This document shows positions 25,475 through 34,412 of a DNA stretch of 64,000 nt, piece by piece. The notes under the pieces were generated by a model. That model was not told the DNA's origin. It worked only from the letters and a program-made list of their open reading frames with translations, and did not search any database. The stretch is from assembly GCA_034422795.1 (NCBI GenBank), contig DAOUJK010000006.1:1662-65661 (forward strand). Reading direction: 5' to 3'. The first letter of the stretch is position 1. Each line of letters opens with the position of its first letter. Source of the stretch: Dehalococcoidia bacterium. GTDB lineage: Bacteria; Chloroflexota; Dehalococcoidia; Lucifugimonadales; Australimonadaceae. Both the position numbers and the translations under genes were made by a program.

Positions 25475-26866
25475 ATGGCCGACGCGTATGACGTCATCAT
25501 CATCGGAGGCGGGTCCGCCGGCGAGAACGTCGCTGGACGCACGGCGCCCGCCGGGCTCAGCACCGCCATCGTAGAGGCGGAGCTGGTTGGGGGCGAGTGC
25601 TCGTACTGGGCATGCATGCCCAGCAAGGCGCTCCTCCGCCCCGGCGAGGCGCTCGCCGCCGCCCGTCGCGTGCCTGCCGCGCGAGACGCAGTCACCGGCG
25701 CCGTGGACCCCGTGCGCGCACTGCGCGCCCGCGACGCCTTCGCAAGCCGCTGGAACGACGACGGGCAGGCGCAGTGGGTCGACTCCGTCGGCGCGACGCT
25801 CATCCGGGGCTGGGGGCGGCTCGCGGGCGAGAAGCGCGTCGTAGTGGAGATGGCCGACGGCAGCGGCAGCGTCGAACTGGAGGCGAACAAGGCCATCGTG
25901 CTCGCCACGGGGTCCACCGCGTTCGTGCCGCCCATCGAGGGGCTGGCCGAGGCCGAGCCGTGGACGAGCCGGGAGGTCACGTCGGCGAAGAGCGTGCCGG
26001 AGAGCCTCATCATCATCGGCGGAGGTGTCGTCGGGCTGGAGATGGCGCAGGCGTGGAAATCGCTCGGCACGGCCGAGGTGACCGTGCTGGAGCGCCGAAC
26101 GCCCGAGGACACGCCCCTGTTCGAACCGTTCGCGCTGCGGGCGGTCGTCGACTCGCTGGAGGCGCAGGGCGTCGTCTTCCGGTTCGGGTGCGTCGTTGCC
26201 TCGGCGGCCCGCATGAGCGACGGCGTGAGCGTGACGATGGACAACGGCGAGACGCTGCACGCGCAGGAGCTGCTCGTGGCGGCGGGGCGCACCGGCGTCG
26301 TGGACGGCGTCGGACTGGAGACGGTGGGCGTCGACGCGCAGCGGTACGTGCAGGTGAACGACCACCTGCAGGTGGAGGGCGTGGACGGCGGCTGGCTGTA
26401 CGCGGTGGGCGACGTGAACGGGCGGGCGCTGCTGACGCACCAGGGCAAGTACCAGGCGCGGCAGGCGGGCGACCACATCCGCGGGCTCGACGCCTCAGCC
26501 TGGGCGGACAACGGCATGGTGCCGGCGGTGGTGTTCACGGACCCGCAGATCGGCAGCGTGGGGCTGACCGAGCGGGCGGCCCGCGAGCGCGGCCTGAATA
26601 TGCGGGCCATCGAGATGGGCTGGCCGGTCGCCGCGGCGCCGCTCCACGGCGAGCATTTCAGCGGCGGGGTGAAATTCATCGTGGACGAGGACCGGCGCGT
26701 GCTCGTCGGCGCGACGTTCGCGGGGCCGGAGGTCGGCGAGCTGACGCACGCGGCGACCATCGCCATTGTGGGCGAGGTGACGCTCGACCGCCTCTGGCAC
26801 GCGACGCCGTCGTTCCCGACGCTGAGCGAGGTGTGGCTGCGCTTCCTGGAGGAGTACGGGTTGTAG
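25475..26866 (+). CDS. class-I pyridine nucleotide-disulfide oxidoreductase (dihydrolipoamide dehydrogenase/mycothione reductase-like)
   Basis: YDVIIIGGGSAG FAD motif, redox-active GGECSYWACMPSK disulfide, C-terminal HATPSFPTLSE His-Glu dyad region. Confidence 0.85.
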   Translation: MADAYDVIIIGGGSAGENVAGRTAPAGLSTAIVEAELVGGECSYWACMPSKALLRPGEALAAARRVPAARDAVTGAVDPVRALRARDAFASRWNDDGQAQWVDSVGATLIRGWGRLAGEKRVVVEMADGSGSVELEANKAIVLATGSTAFVPPIEGLAEAEPWTSREVTSAKSVPESLIIIGGGVVGLEMAQAWKSLGTAEVTVLERRTPEDTPLFEPFALRAVVDSLEAQGVVFRFGCVVASAARMSDGVSVTMDNGETLHAQELLVAAGRTGVVDGVGLETVGVDAQRYVQVNDHLQVEGVDGGWLYAVGDVNGRALLTHQGKYQARQAGDHIRGLDASAWADNGMVPAVVFTDPQIGSVGLTERAARERGLNMRAIEMGWPVAAAPLHGEHFSGGVKFIVDEDRRVLVGATFAGPEVGELTHAATIAIVGEVTLDRLWHATPSFPTLSEVWLRFLEEYGL

Positions 26867-26900
26867 GCGAGGGCCGCTGCCTGGTATAGGGAAGTCCCTT

Positions 26901-27039
26901 CCCGTCGTTCCTGCACAGGCCCGCGCCTTAGCGCACAACCTCGCAGCCATCCCTCGTCATTCCCGCCTCCCTCGTCATTCCCGCGTAGGCTGGAATCCAG
27001 TGACCCCGTGCCACCCGCTCATCCTGAGCTCGTCGAAGG
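26901..27039. repeat. cluster of dispersed repeat-family copies at the left edge of island 1
   Basis: 26901-26950 is the reverse complement of 50015-50064. Doubled gtcattcccgc hairpin repeat at 26956-27004. ccgctcatcctgagctcgtcgaagg at 27015-27039 is the inverted partner of 31897-31921. Confidence 0.75.
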
Positions 27040-27244
27040 GTCATGGTGAGCCTGTCGAACCACGCGCTACCACCGACAGCCGCCGTTGGGGTATAGTTCC
27101 CTGTTGCTAGGACCTGACCCTCGCCGAGAGCAAAGAAGGCGCGGAACACGATAGGCACAAGTGGGGATGCCACGCCCCCTTGTCATTCCGCGCTGGTTGG
27201 GTCCTAGCAAATCCTGCCTTGTGCCAGGCAAGGGGGCACCTGCG

Positions 27245-28759
27245 ATGGCCGACCATCCGTACCTCTCCGGCAACGCGCTCGTCTGCGACGACAACATCAA
27301 CGCGCTCCGTGAACTGCCGGAAGAGTGCATCGACCTGATCTACCTCGACCCGCCGTTCAACTCCAACCAGTTCTACGTCGCGGCATTCGGCGACAAGGGG
27401 ATGGTGGCGCAGCAACTGCGGGACATCTGGCGCTGGACGGTGGCCGCGCAGAACGCGTTCGACGGCATACCGCGCGGCCAGTTGCGAGACACGCTTCGGG
27501 GGATACGACTCCAAGCCGGAGAGAAGTCACCGATGGCAGCGTATGCGGTGTTCATGGGGACCCGCCTCACGGAGATGCGCCGTGTGCTCAAGCCGACAGG
27601 CAGTATCTATCTTCACTGCGACTGGCACGCCAATGCATACCTGAGGATTCTCATGGATGCGGTATTCGGCATAAGACAACATCGCAACGAGATAGTGTGG
27701 TGCTACACAGGGCCAAGCAACACCAGAAGCTGGTTTCCCCGCAAGCACGACACGATATTGTTCTACGCTAGGAGCAACGCAGCCTTGTTTAATCGAGACG
27801 ATGTTCGCGTCACATACAAGGGACTGCATGTTCAACATGAGTACGAAGGTGGAGGCGGTATCGGAGGGAACCTGACTCCGAGCAACATCGACCAGTACAT
27901 AGACCGAGGTAAGGTTCCCGAGGATTATTGGATAGAAGACCGTGATGGCATGACACCTGTAGCACGATTGCACGGGGAGCGTCTCGGTTATCCCACGCAG
28001 AAGCCCCTGGCCCTCCTCAATCGCATCATCACAGCCTCGTCCAACCCGGGCGACCTCGTGCTCGACCCGTTCTGCGGGTGTGGTACTGCCGCCGATGCGG
28101 CAGTCTCACTTGGCAGGAAGTACCTGGGCATCGACATCAGCGGCATCGCGGTGCGCGTCATGCAGCAGCGGCTGGAGTCGCGCGGGTCTGCCGTCGCGCC
28201 GGTGGTCTACGGCCTGACGTGGGACGAGTTCGAGTGGGATGAGTTCGAGAAGCGGGCGCTCGCGCAGCGCGACGAGGTGGAGGACGGGATACCCGGCTGG
28301 GCGTGGGCAGAGGACCGGGTCGCGGCGCTGCTGAACGCGGTGCCGAACGAGCGGAAGTCAGGCGACGGCGGGGTGGACGCGCGCTACTTCGGGGCGATGG
28401 ACATCGAGAAGCACGAGGGAATCATCGTTCCAATCCAGGTGAAGATGCACCGCACGCACTCGGTGGGGCGTCCCGACATGGACCGGCTGCTCGGCACGCA
28501 GACAGCGATGCAGAACCGTGGGCTGCACGCGCCGATGTCGATCATGGTGAGCCTGTACCCGCCGCCGGATTCCCTTCGGGTGTTCGCTGCGGAGCAGGGC
28601 CGCGTGACGCTGACGACGAATGAGGGTACGGCGGAGTACCCGCGCATGCAGGTGCTGAGCGTCGAGGAGATGCTGCGTCACGGAGAGCGCCCGAAGCTGC
28701 CGCCGGTGGACCCACGGTCGCTCGTGGGTGACACGCAGGACAAGATGCTGATTCTGTGA
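27245..28759 (+). CDS. beta-class N6A/N4C DNA methyltransferase fused to a C-terminal Mrr-like (PD-(D/E)xK) restriction endonuclease domain
   Basis: Motif IV LIYLDPPFNS precedes motif I LVLDPFCGCGTAA, which is the beta order. The C-terminus has GDGGVDA...IVPIQVKMH...VGRPDMDRLLG, resembling the Mrr catalytic core. ATG at 27245 chosen. Confidence 0.85.
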   Translation: MADHPYLSGNALVCDDNINALRELPEECIDLIYLDPPFNSNQFYVAAFGDKGMVAQQLRDIWRWTVAAQNAFDGIPRGQLRDTLRGIRLQAGEKSPMAAYAVFMGTRLTEMRRVLKPTGSIYLHCDWHANAYLRILMDAVFGIRQHRNEIVWCYTGPSNTRSWFPRKHDTILFYARSNAALFNRDDVRVTYKGLHVQHEYEGGGGIGGNLTPSNIDQYIDRGKVPEDYWIEDRDGMTPVARLHGERLGYPTQKPLALLNRIITASSNPGDLVLDPFCGCGTAADAAVSLGRKYLGIDISGIAVRVMQQRLESRGSAVAPVVYGLTWDEFEWDEFEKRALAQRDEVEDGIPGWAWAEDRVAALLNAVPNERKSGDGGVDARYFGAMDIEKHEGIIVPIQVKMHRTHSVGRPDMDRLLGTQTAMQNRGLHAPMSIMVSLYPPPDSLRVFAAEQGRVTLTTNEGTAEYPRMQVLSVEEMLRHGERPKLPPVDPRSLVGDTQDKMLIL

Positions 28760-28772
28760 GGGGGCTCGACAG

Positions 28773-29237
28773 TCACGAATCCCTTACGTCCATCCCCATG
28801 CTAGCTCGCTTCATGCTTCGGAATGACCGATGTTCTTCAGGCTTGATATAACGCCATGACTGAGGGACGACGAAGCGTTGGAACCGATGCCGCAATATGG
28901 CGAGACTCATTGGATTAGCGTACTGCCAAACCTCTTTGATCTCTAGGGCATATGCAACAGATTGTCCCTTATAGTAAGCATCGAAACCCTGCCTATCGAT
29001 TCCGGCAGAACCAGCCACGGCCTGCCAAACTTCATCCGGGGTACCAGTCCAGACTTCCCCAGCCAGGAAACCACCTTGCAGTTGCATGACAGGGCTAGTA
29101 ACGTAGATGAGCACCTCACGCCCTTGTATGTGCGTCATGGGGCGTCGCCGAAGCTCCATTCTTTTTCTGCCATCAAATATCAAGCCTGAGTAGTAAGGCT
29201 TTAGGGAGATGAGCAGGGGTGCCATCGATGTAGTCAT
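28773..29237 (-). CDS. stand-alone ASCH (PUA-like fold) domain protein
   Basis: LLISLKPYYSGLIFDGRKRMELRRR...VLIYVTSPV...VPQSWRYI matches the ASCH/COG4933-type pattern. Its ATG overlaps the upstream stop (ATGA), with GGAGGA inside the upstream gene's end. Low GC. Confidence 0.8.
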   Translation of the reverse strand: MTTSMAPLLISLKPYYSGLIFDGRKRMELRRRPMTHIQGREVLIYVTSPVMQLQGGFLAGEVWTGTPDEVWQAVAGSAGIDRQGFDAYYKGQSVAYALEIKEVWQYANPMSLAILRHRFQRFVVPQSWRYIKPEEHRSFRSMKRASMGMDVRDS

Positions 29238-31243
29238 CACTCCTCCGGAAATCCGAGTTGGAAGAGTTTGCTGAAGGTTGATTGCGGTATCTTCACAGGC
29301 CATTGAAAGACTGCGGCGATATTGTCTTGGGAAAACGCTGAGCGAATTTCCTTTAGTGTTATTCCTTTCTGAAAAGGAAAAGTGTGCGAAAAGCGCAGGG
29401 CCATGAGATTTCTGGACACATCTTGCTTGCACATGGTATACAAGTCATTCCATTCTAATGTCCCATACCTTCTAAACTTCTTATAGAGTTCCTTAGGCGT
29501 GTCGACTATGACCTCATCAAGGCGTGAAACTGCGACGATTTCCTTAGGATTTCCGCTGACGTACCACAGTATTCGGCCTGGAGCTTGAATCAACTTCGGA
29601 GAACGGCCTGAGCGGTAGTAGACGTTGGTCCAACGGAGCAGAACATTCTGATCACCTCCGAATAGATCACGGCTGGACTGCTGCCTGTCGAAAAGGTTCA
29701 GGGCATATCCTGGCCGAATCGGTATTACGTAATAATTCTGATCGACTCTAGAAACCAGCGGAGAACAATGCGCTTCAATTTCTAGAGAATCCATCTTCTC
29801 GTAGACAGGCAACGACTCTGGCGATAAAGCGCCGATCTGCAAGAGCGTTTGGTCTTTGTCGAAGTAGTTTGTAAAACAAAACCTCACATACGCATCGCCG
29901 CATTCAGTGAATCCCATTTCAGAGAGACCTTGAATCAACTCAGGCGATAAAGCAGAAGGCTCAAGTTTGACCATAGCTAAATTCCTTCGCATAGCCTGGT
30001 AAATGAGATCTGAAACGATGAACCGCCCGAACAGCGAGAGATCAACGGAAGACGCCACTCTACCTAAACCTACTGTCAGCGTTCGTAGACTAGCATGGCT
30101 CAGGATTCGGAGCGCAACAGGTTCCGTCCCTGACCACAAGACCTCTACTTCGCTGGACGAGTCGGCCAAGGCCGCTTCGACCTTCACGCGTAGTTGACCA
30201 ATCCGCTCTCCTGATTGGAATTGCCTGAGTGGAATCCTAGGGAGTTCGTTAGCCGTCAAAGCTCGCCAAACTAGGCCAAGTCCGGCAACATAGTCAGGTA
30301 CCGACTCCTGACTATCAGAAAGTTCCCTCAGCCGGAGGAGGAGCTCAGCAGGACGCAAGAGTTGGAGGCCTGTTACCTGTTCAATCTGTTCTGCTTTTCT
30401 CAGCAAGGGCTGGTCTCTCGTCACAAAGAAACGCACGTCAGACGCTCCGGCTTTTGCGAGATGATTGATATCGGACACCTGGCTCTCAGTGCCACTGGGT
30501 AGAATCTCTCTCAATGGTGCGACAAGGTTTTCAGCTGAGATTGGGTCATGGCGTATGTCAGGGAATTGGCTAGCCCTTATTCTAGCGCTGTTGCGCTCGC
30601 TTGCATTGGCGTTCCGGTTGATTTCAGTCAGTAACTCATCGGTTGTCCAGATATTCAGTGAATCGACGAATAAATCCGAGAGTAAGGCTTTCGAAGGCAA
30701 CGTGCTTTCGTTGTCCGGTTCATTGAAGTCGAAGAATATCTGGGCGTCTATGACGACATCAAGGATATCTTCCGAGATATTTGCCCTAAAGAGCGCTAAC
30801 TGGTCATCAGATGCTACAACCAGACGCCACCGAGTAAGGAGATGCCCTTCTCTCGACCGGCCGGGTTTTTCGCCAACCGGCACGAAGCCAAATTTAGGCC
30901 ACATCTGGTGCGCAGGAAAGTCATTCCGGCAATTGAGCCTGATAACTTTCTGCGTAGTAACGGTGGCTTTCAGCGCTTCAATGAGCCCTTTAGCAATGCC
31001 CTGCCCTCTGAACCCTTCCGCTACACAGAGATGAGCGATGCGAAAGCGATCATGGTAAGCCGCATAGAGGAGATATCCTGCGAGTTCGCCATCCTCTGTC
31101 CTTGCTCCAAGCACATTCGCATCTTGGACATGCTTTTCAAGAACAACTCGAGGGAGAAAGCCGATTGTCCCGCTATTCTGTTTCATCAGGGCGTCGATCG
31201 CATCAACGTCAGCTACCTGTAGTTGCGAAATCTCTATCGCCAT
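29237..31243 (-). CDS. 668-aa multidomain protein: N-terminal GNAT acetyltransferase, PIN-like domain, degenerate GNAT-like middle region, C-terminal ASCH-like domain
   Basis: GNAT motif A in HLCVAEGFRGQGIAKGLIEAL. PIN-like VVIDAQIFFDF...DINHLAKAGASDVRFFVTRDQPL. C-terminal YYVIPIRPGYA...ILWYVSG...IVAVSRLDEV resembles the downstream ASCH protein. About 48% GC. Confidence 0.8.
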   Translation of the reverse strand: MAIEISQLQVADVDAIDALMKQNSGTIGFLPRVVLEKHVQDANVLGARTEDGELAGYLLYAAYHDRFRIAHLCVAEGFRGQGIAKGLIEALKATVTTQKVIRLNCRNDFPAHQMWPKFGFVPVGEKPGRSREGHLLTRWRLVVASDDQLALFRANISEDILDVVIDAQIFFDFNEPDNESTLPSKALLSDLFVDSLNIWTTDELLTEINRNANASERNSARIRASQFPDIRHDPISAENLVAPLREILPSGTESQVSDINHLAKAGASDVRFFVTRDQPLLRKAEQIEQVTGLQLLRPAELLLRLRELSDSQESVPDYVAGLGLVWRALTANELPRIPLRQFQSGERIGQLRVKVEAALADSSSEVEVLWSGTEPVALRILSHASLRTLTVGLGRVASSVDLSLFGRFIVSDLIYQAMRRNLAMVKLEPSALSPELIQGLSEMGFTECGDAYVRFCFTNYFDKDQTLLQIGALSPESLPVYEKMDSLEIEAHCSPLVSRVDQNYYVIPIRPGYALNLFDRQQSSRDLFGGDQNVLLRWTNVYYRSGRSPKLIQAPGRILWYVSGNPKEIVAVSRLDEVIVDTPKELYKKFRRYGTLEWNDLYTMCKQDVSRNLMALRFSHTFPFQKGITLKEIRSAFSQDNIAAVFQWPVKIPQSTFSKLFQLGFPEE

Positions 31244-31670
31244 CGTCTAACTGCTGCCTGCCTGAGATGCTACTTGCCGGATGCTACCACCGGTTGTCGT
31301 CTGGCCTGTATCTATTTGGGTTACAGCCTATGTTGTGTCTGTGGATGCCAGTGCCCGTGCAGGATAGCGACGGTAGGCACTACGGCGAAAGAGGCTGATG
31401 TCACACACCCGAGCGGCTCGTTGCTCACGAGGGACGCCCTTACACCTGACGGGGTGCCCCACCCCTCTTGCCCACCGCATGGCCCGTCCGCGCTCTCTGG
31501 GTTCCAGCGGACGCTGGAATGACGAACCCATCCTGTCCATCGATATTGATTCCCTGATCCGTGACACGCGCTCCTTTCGCGGTCGCGCCCTGACCTCGTA
31601 CGCTGGTCGGTGACGGCGCGCTGCCCCGGCTCTGGGCCCCAGGGTACGCGGGGCGTCCGCAGGAGTGGCG

Positions 31671-31720
31671 TGGCCCACTTTGGCGCACCTTGGCGCACTT
31701 TGGCGCACTTTTCGCGACCT
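31671..31720. repeat. five tandem 10-bp units (consensus TGGCGCACTT), helically phased
   Basis: tggcccactt tggcgcacct tggcgcactt tggcgcactt ttcgcgacct, contiguous, inside a 730-bp non-coding gap. Confidence 0.85.
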
Positions 31721-31863
31721 CCCCGCGGGGTTTCACGCCTGCGCTGGGGACATGGAGAGGAGGCGAGAGAAGGACAACTCGGGACACGGGTCCCCGGGAG
31801 GCGCACCCGGTTGCACCCGGCATGACGGGTCCGGTGCCAGAGGCCGGGTCGCAGGAGTGGAAA

Positions 31864-31889
31864 GTTACCAATTGTTACCGAATGTTACC
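31864..31889. repeat. three GTTACC boxes at exact 10-bp spacing
   Basis: GTTACC at 31864, 31874 and 31884 (gttaccaatt gttaccgaat gttacc), about 85 nt upstream of menB. Confidence 0.8.
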
Positions 31890-31971
31890 CCCAGGTCCTT
31901 CGACAAGCTCAGGATGAGCGGCGTGGGTCGCCTCCCTGTTGCCGCAGGGGGCGGGCGCGTAAACTGCCGAC

Positions 31972-32769
<798 letters not shown>

Positions 32770-32840
32770 GGGAACGACACGATTGGCCTATACTGCTGAA
32801 CGTGGCGCCCGCACCGGGCAGTCACGCGGAGGGCAGGCGG

Positions 32841-33131
32841 ATGGCAGGCATGGTGGAACAATCGAGCGGAGCGAACAGCGCGGGGTCCTTCCCCGTCGAC
32901 GAGAAAGCCTGGGCGCAACACGATGCCGACCGGGCATGGCTGGAGGCCCACCGCGCCGAGTTGTACGGGCGGTATCCGGAGCACTCGATAGCCGTTTACA
33001 AGGGCCGGGTCATCGCAGCGAGCCGTGACCAGGAGACGATGATCAACGAAGCGTACCGGGTGGCGAAAGGGCATATCGGATACGTCGTGGTGGACTACCT
33101 GCGTAGCCCCGACGAGGTGCTCGTGCTCTGA
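32841..33131 (+). CDS. small hypothetical protein (DUF5678-like pattern, tentative)
   Basis: Only the last 96 codons of listed ORF 31665..33131 do not overlap menB. ATG at 32841 is preceded by GCGGAGGG. ...YPEHSIAVYKGRVIAASRDQETM... resembles DUF5678-type small proteins. Confidence 0.55.
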   Translation: MAGMVEQSSGANSAGSFPVDEKAWAQHDADRAWLEAHRAELYGRYPEHSIAVYKGRVIAASRDQETMINEAYRVAKGHIGYVVVDYLRSPDEVLVL

Positions 33132-33183
33132 GCCCACTCCCGCATGCCCCGTTCCCACGCGCCTGCTTGTGTATCCTTCTCAC

Positions 33184-34092
33184 ATGACCGTCACGCCTGC
33201 GCCGCAATCGAAGCTCGTCTCCTGGTTCTGGGCGGCGCGACCGTTCTCGCTGTCGGCGTCGATCGCGCCGGTGCTGGTGGGGACGGCGCTCGCGGCGACG
33301 GTCGACACGCTCAACTGGCTGCTGTTCGCGCTCGCGCTGACGGGGTCGGTCGCCATCCAGATCGGCACGAACCTCACGGACGAGTACTCGGACCACCGGA
33401 AGTCCGGCAGCGAAGGGAAGTTCCTCGCTCCGCACAAGGTCATCCAGCGCGGGCTGCTCTCGGAGCGCGCGGTGGCGCTGGGAATGGCGGCGGCGTTCGG
33501 CTACGGGGTCGTCGCGGGGCTGATCATCGTCGCCCACGTGGGCTGGCCGATCCTCGCGGTGGGGCTGGCGAGCGTCGCGGCGGCGTACCTGTACGCGGGC
33601 GGGCCGAAGCCGCTGGGGACGCTGGGGCTCGGCGAGCCGGTGGTGTTCGTGTTCATGGGGCCGCTGATGGTGATGGCGTCGTACTACGTGCAGCAGGAGG
33701 CGCTCACGTGGGCGTCGTTCTCCGTCTCGTTGCCGGTCGCGTTCATCGTCACCGCGATCCTCGTCGTGAACAACATCCGCGACGTGGAGGAGGACCGGGA
33801 GGCGGGGAAGCGGAGCCTGGCCACCGCCGCCGGGACCCGGGTGGCGACGTGGGCGTACGCGGCGTTGCTGGCGGCGGCGTACGTGAGCATCGCGGGCGCG
33901 GCGCTCGGCGGGGCGGTCAGCCCCTGGGCGCTGCTGGGGATCGCGCCGCTGCCGTGGGCCGTGAGCGCTGCGCGGGCGTTGTTCACGGCAGCGGAGCGTC
34001 CCGCGATGAACCGGCTGCTCGTGCGGAGCGGCAAGCTGCACGGGTGGACCGGGCTAGCGCTTGCGGCGGGGCTGTACGCGTCGAGTCTGTGA
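33184..34092 (+). CDS. menA: 1,4-dihydroxy-2-naphthoate polyprenyltransferase
   Basis: UbiA-family membrane protein: WFWAARPFSLSASIAPVLVG, NLTDEYSDHRKS and NNIRDVEEDREAGKRSLA motifs. ATG at 33184 (alternative GTG at 33169). Confidence 0.9.
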   Translation: MTVTPAPQSKLVSWFWAARPFSLSASIAPVLVGTALAATVDTLNWLLFALALTGSVAIQIGTNLTDEYSDHRKSGSEGKFLAPHKVIQRGLLSERAVALGMAAAFGYGVVAGLIIVAHVGWPILAVGLASVAAAYLYAGGPKPLGTLGLGEPVVFVFMGPLMVMASYYVQQEALTWASFSVSLPVAFIVTAILVVNNIRDVEEDREAGKRSLATAAGTRVATWAYAALLAAAYVSIAGAALGGAVSPWALLGIAPLPWAVSAARALFTAAERPAMNRLLVRSGKLHGWTGLALAAGLYASSL

Positions 34093-34119
34093 GGGACGCA
34101 GGCGCAGGCTTGCACCTGT

Positions 34120-34150
34120 TATACGTATGCCGTTACAGTGTATACGTATA
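34120..34150. promoter_or_regulatory. candidate VapB operator: two ATACGTAT palindromes about 20 bp apart
   Basis: tATACGTATg at 34120-34129 and TATACGTATA at 34141-34150, 20-50 nt upstream of the antitoxin ATG. TTGCAC at 34109-34114 may be a -35 box. Confidence 0.4.
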
Positions 34151-34169
34151 GCAAGGCTGGAGAGACAGA

Positions 34170-34412
34170 ATGAAGAGCAAACTCACCATCACCGTGGACT
34201 CGGAACTCATCCCGGCGGCCAAACGCTACGCGCGCTCGAAGGGGGTGTCGCTCTCGGCAGTGATCGAGCAGGTGCTGCGCGAGGCGACCGCGAAGAACGA
34301 GCCAACCTTCGCAGAGAAATGGCTAGGCGCGTTTCAACCGGCACATCACGTCAAGCCGGAACTCCTGGACGACCCACGCTACGACTACCTCGCGCGCAAG
34401 TACCTGAAGTGA
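34170..34412 (+). CDS. type II antitoxin (VapB-like, RHH-type N-terminus)
   Basis: 80 aa. N-terminal beta-strand/helix pattern KLTITVDSELIPAAKRYARSKGVSLSAVIEQVL. Its stop overlaps the PIN gene start (GTGA). Confidence 0.7.
   Translation: MKSKLTITVDSELIPAAKRYARSKGVSLSAVIEQVLREATAKNEPTFAEKWLGAFQPAHHVKPELLDDPRYDYLARKYLK

Larger units (their letters stand above)
27015..31921. mobile_element. putative horizontally acquired island 1 (methyltransferase-nuclease fusion + GNAT/PIN/ASCH module); no integrase or transposase seen
   Basis: GC drops to about 48% across 28.8-31.3 kb against a ~68% backbone. Bracketed by a 24/25-nt inverted repeat (27015-27039 / 31897-31921) that belongs to a dispersed family. 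Confidence 0.5.

Noticed and set aside
31497-31530. Short hairpin gggttccagcggacgctggaatgacgaaccc in the island-1/menB gap, considered as a tRNA/tmRNA 3' fragment or att site.
   Set aside because: It has only a 7-bp stem, no T-loop consensus or CCA context, and no matching direct repeat at the other island edge.
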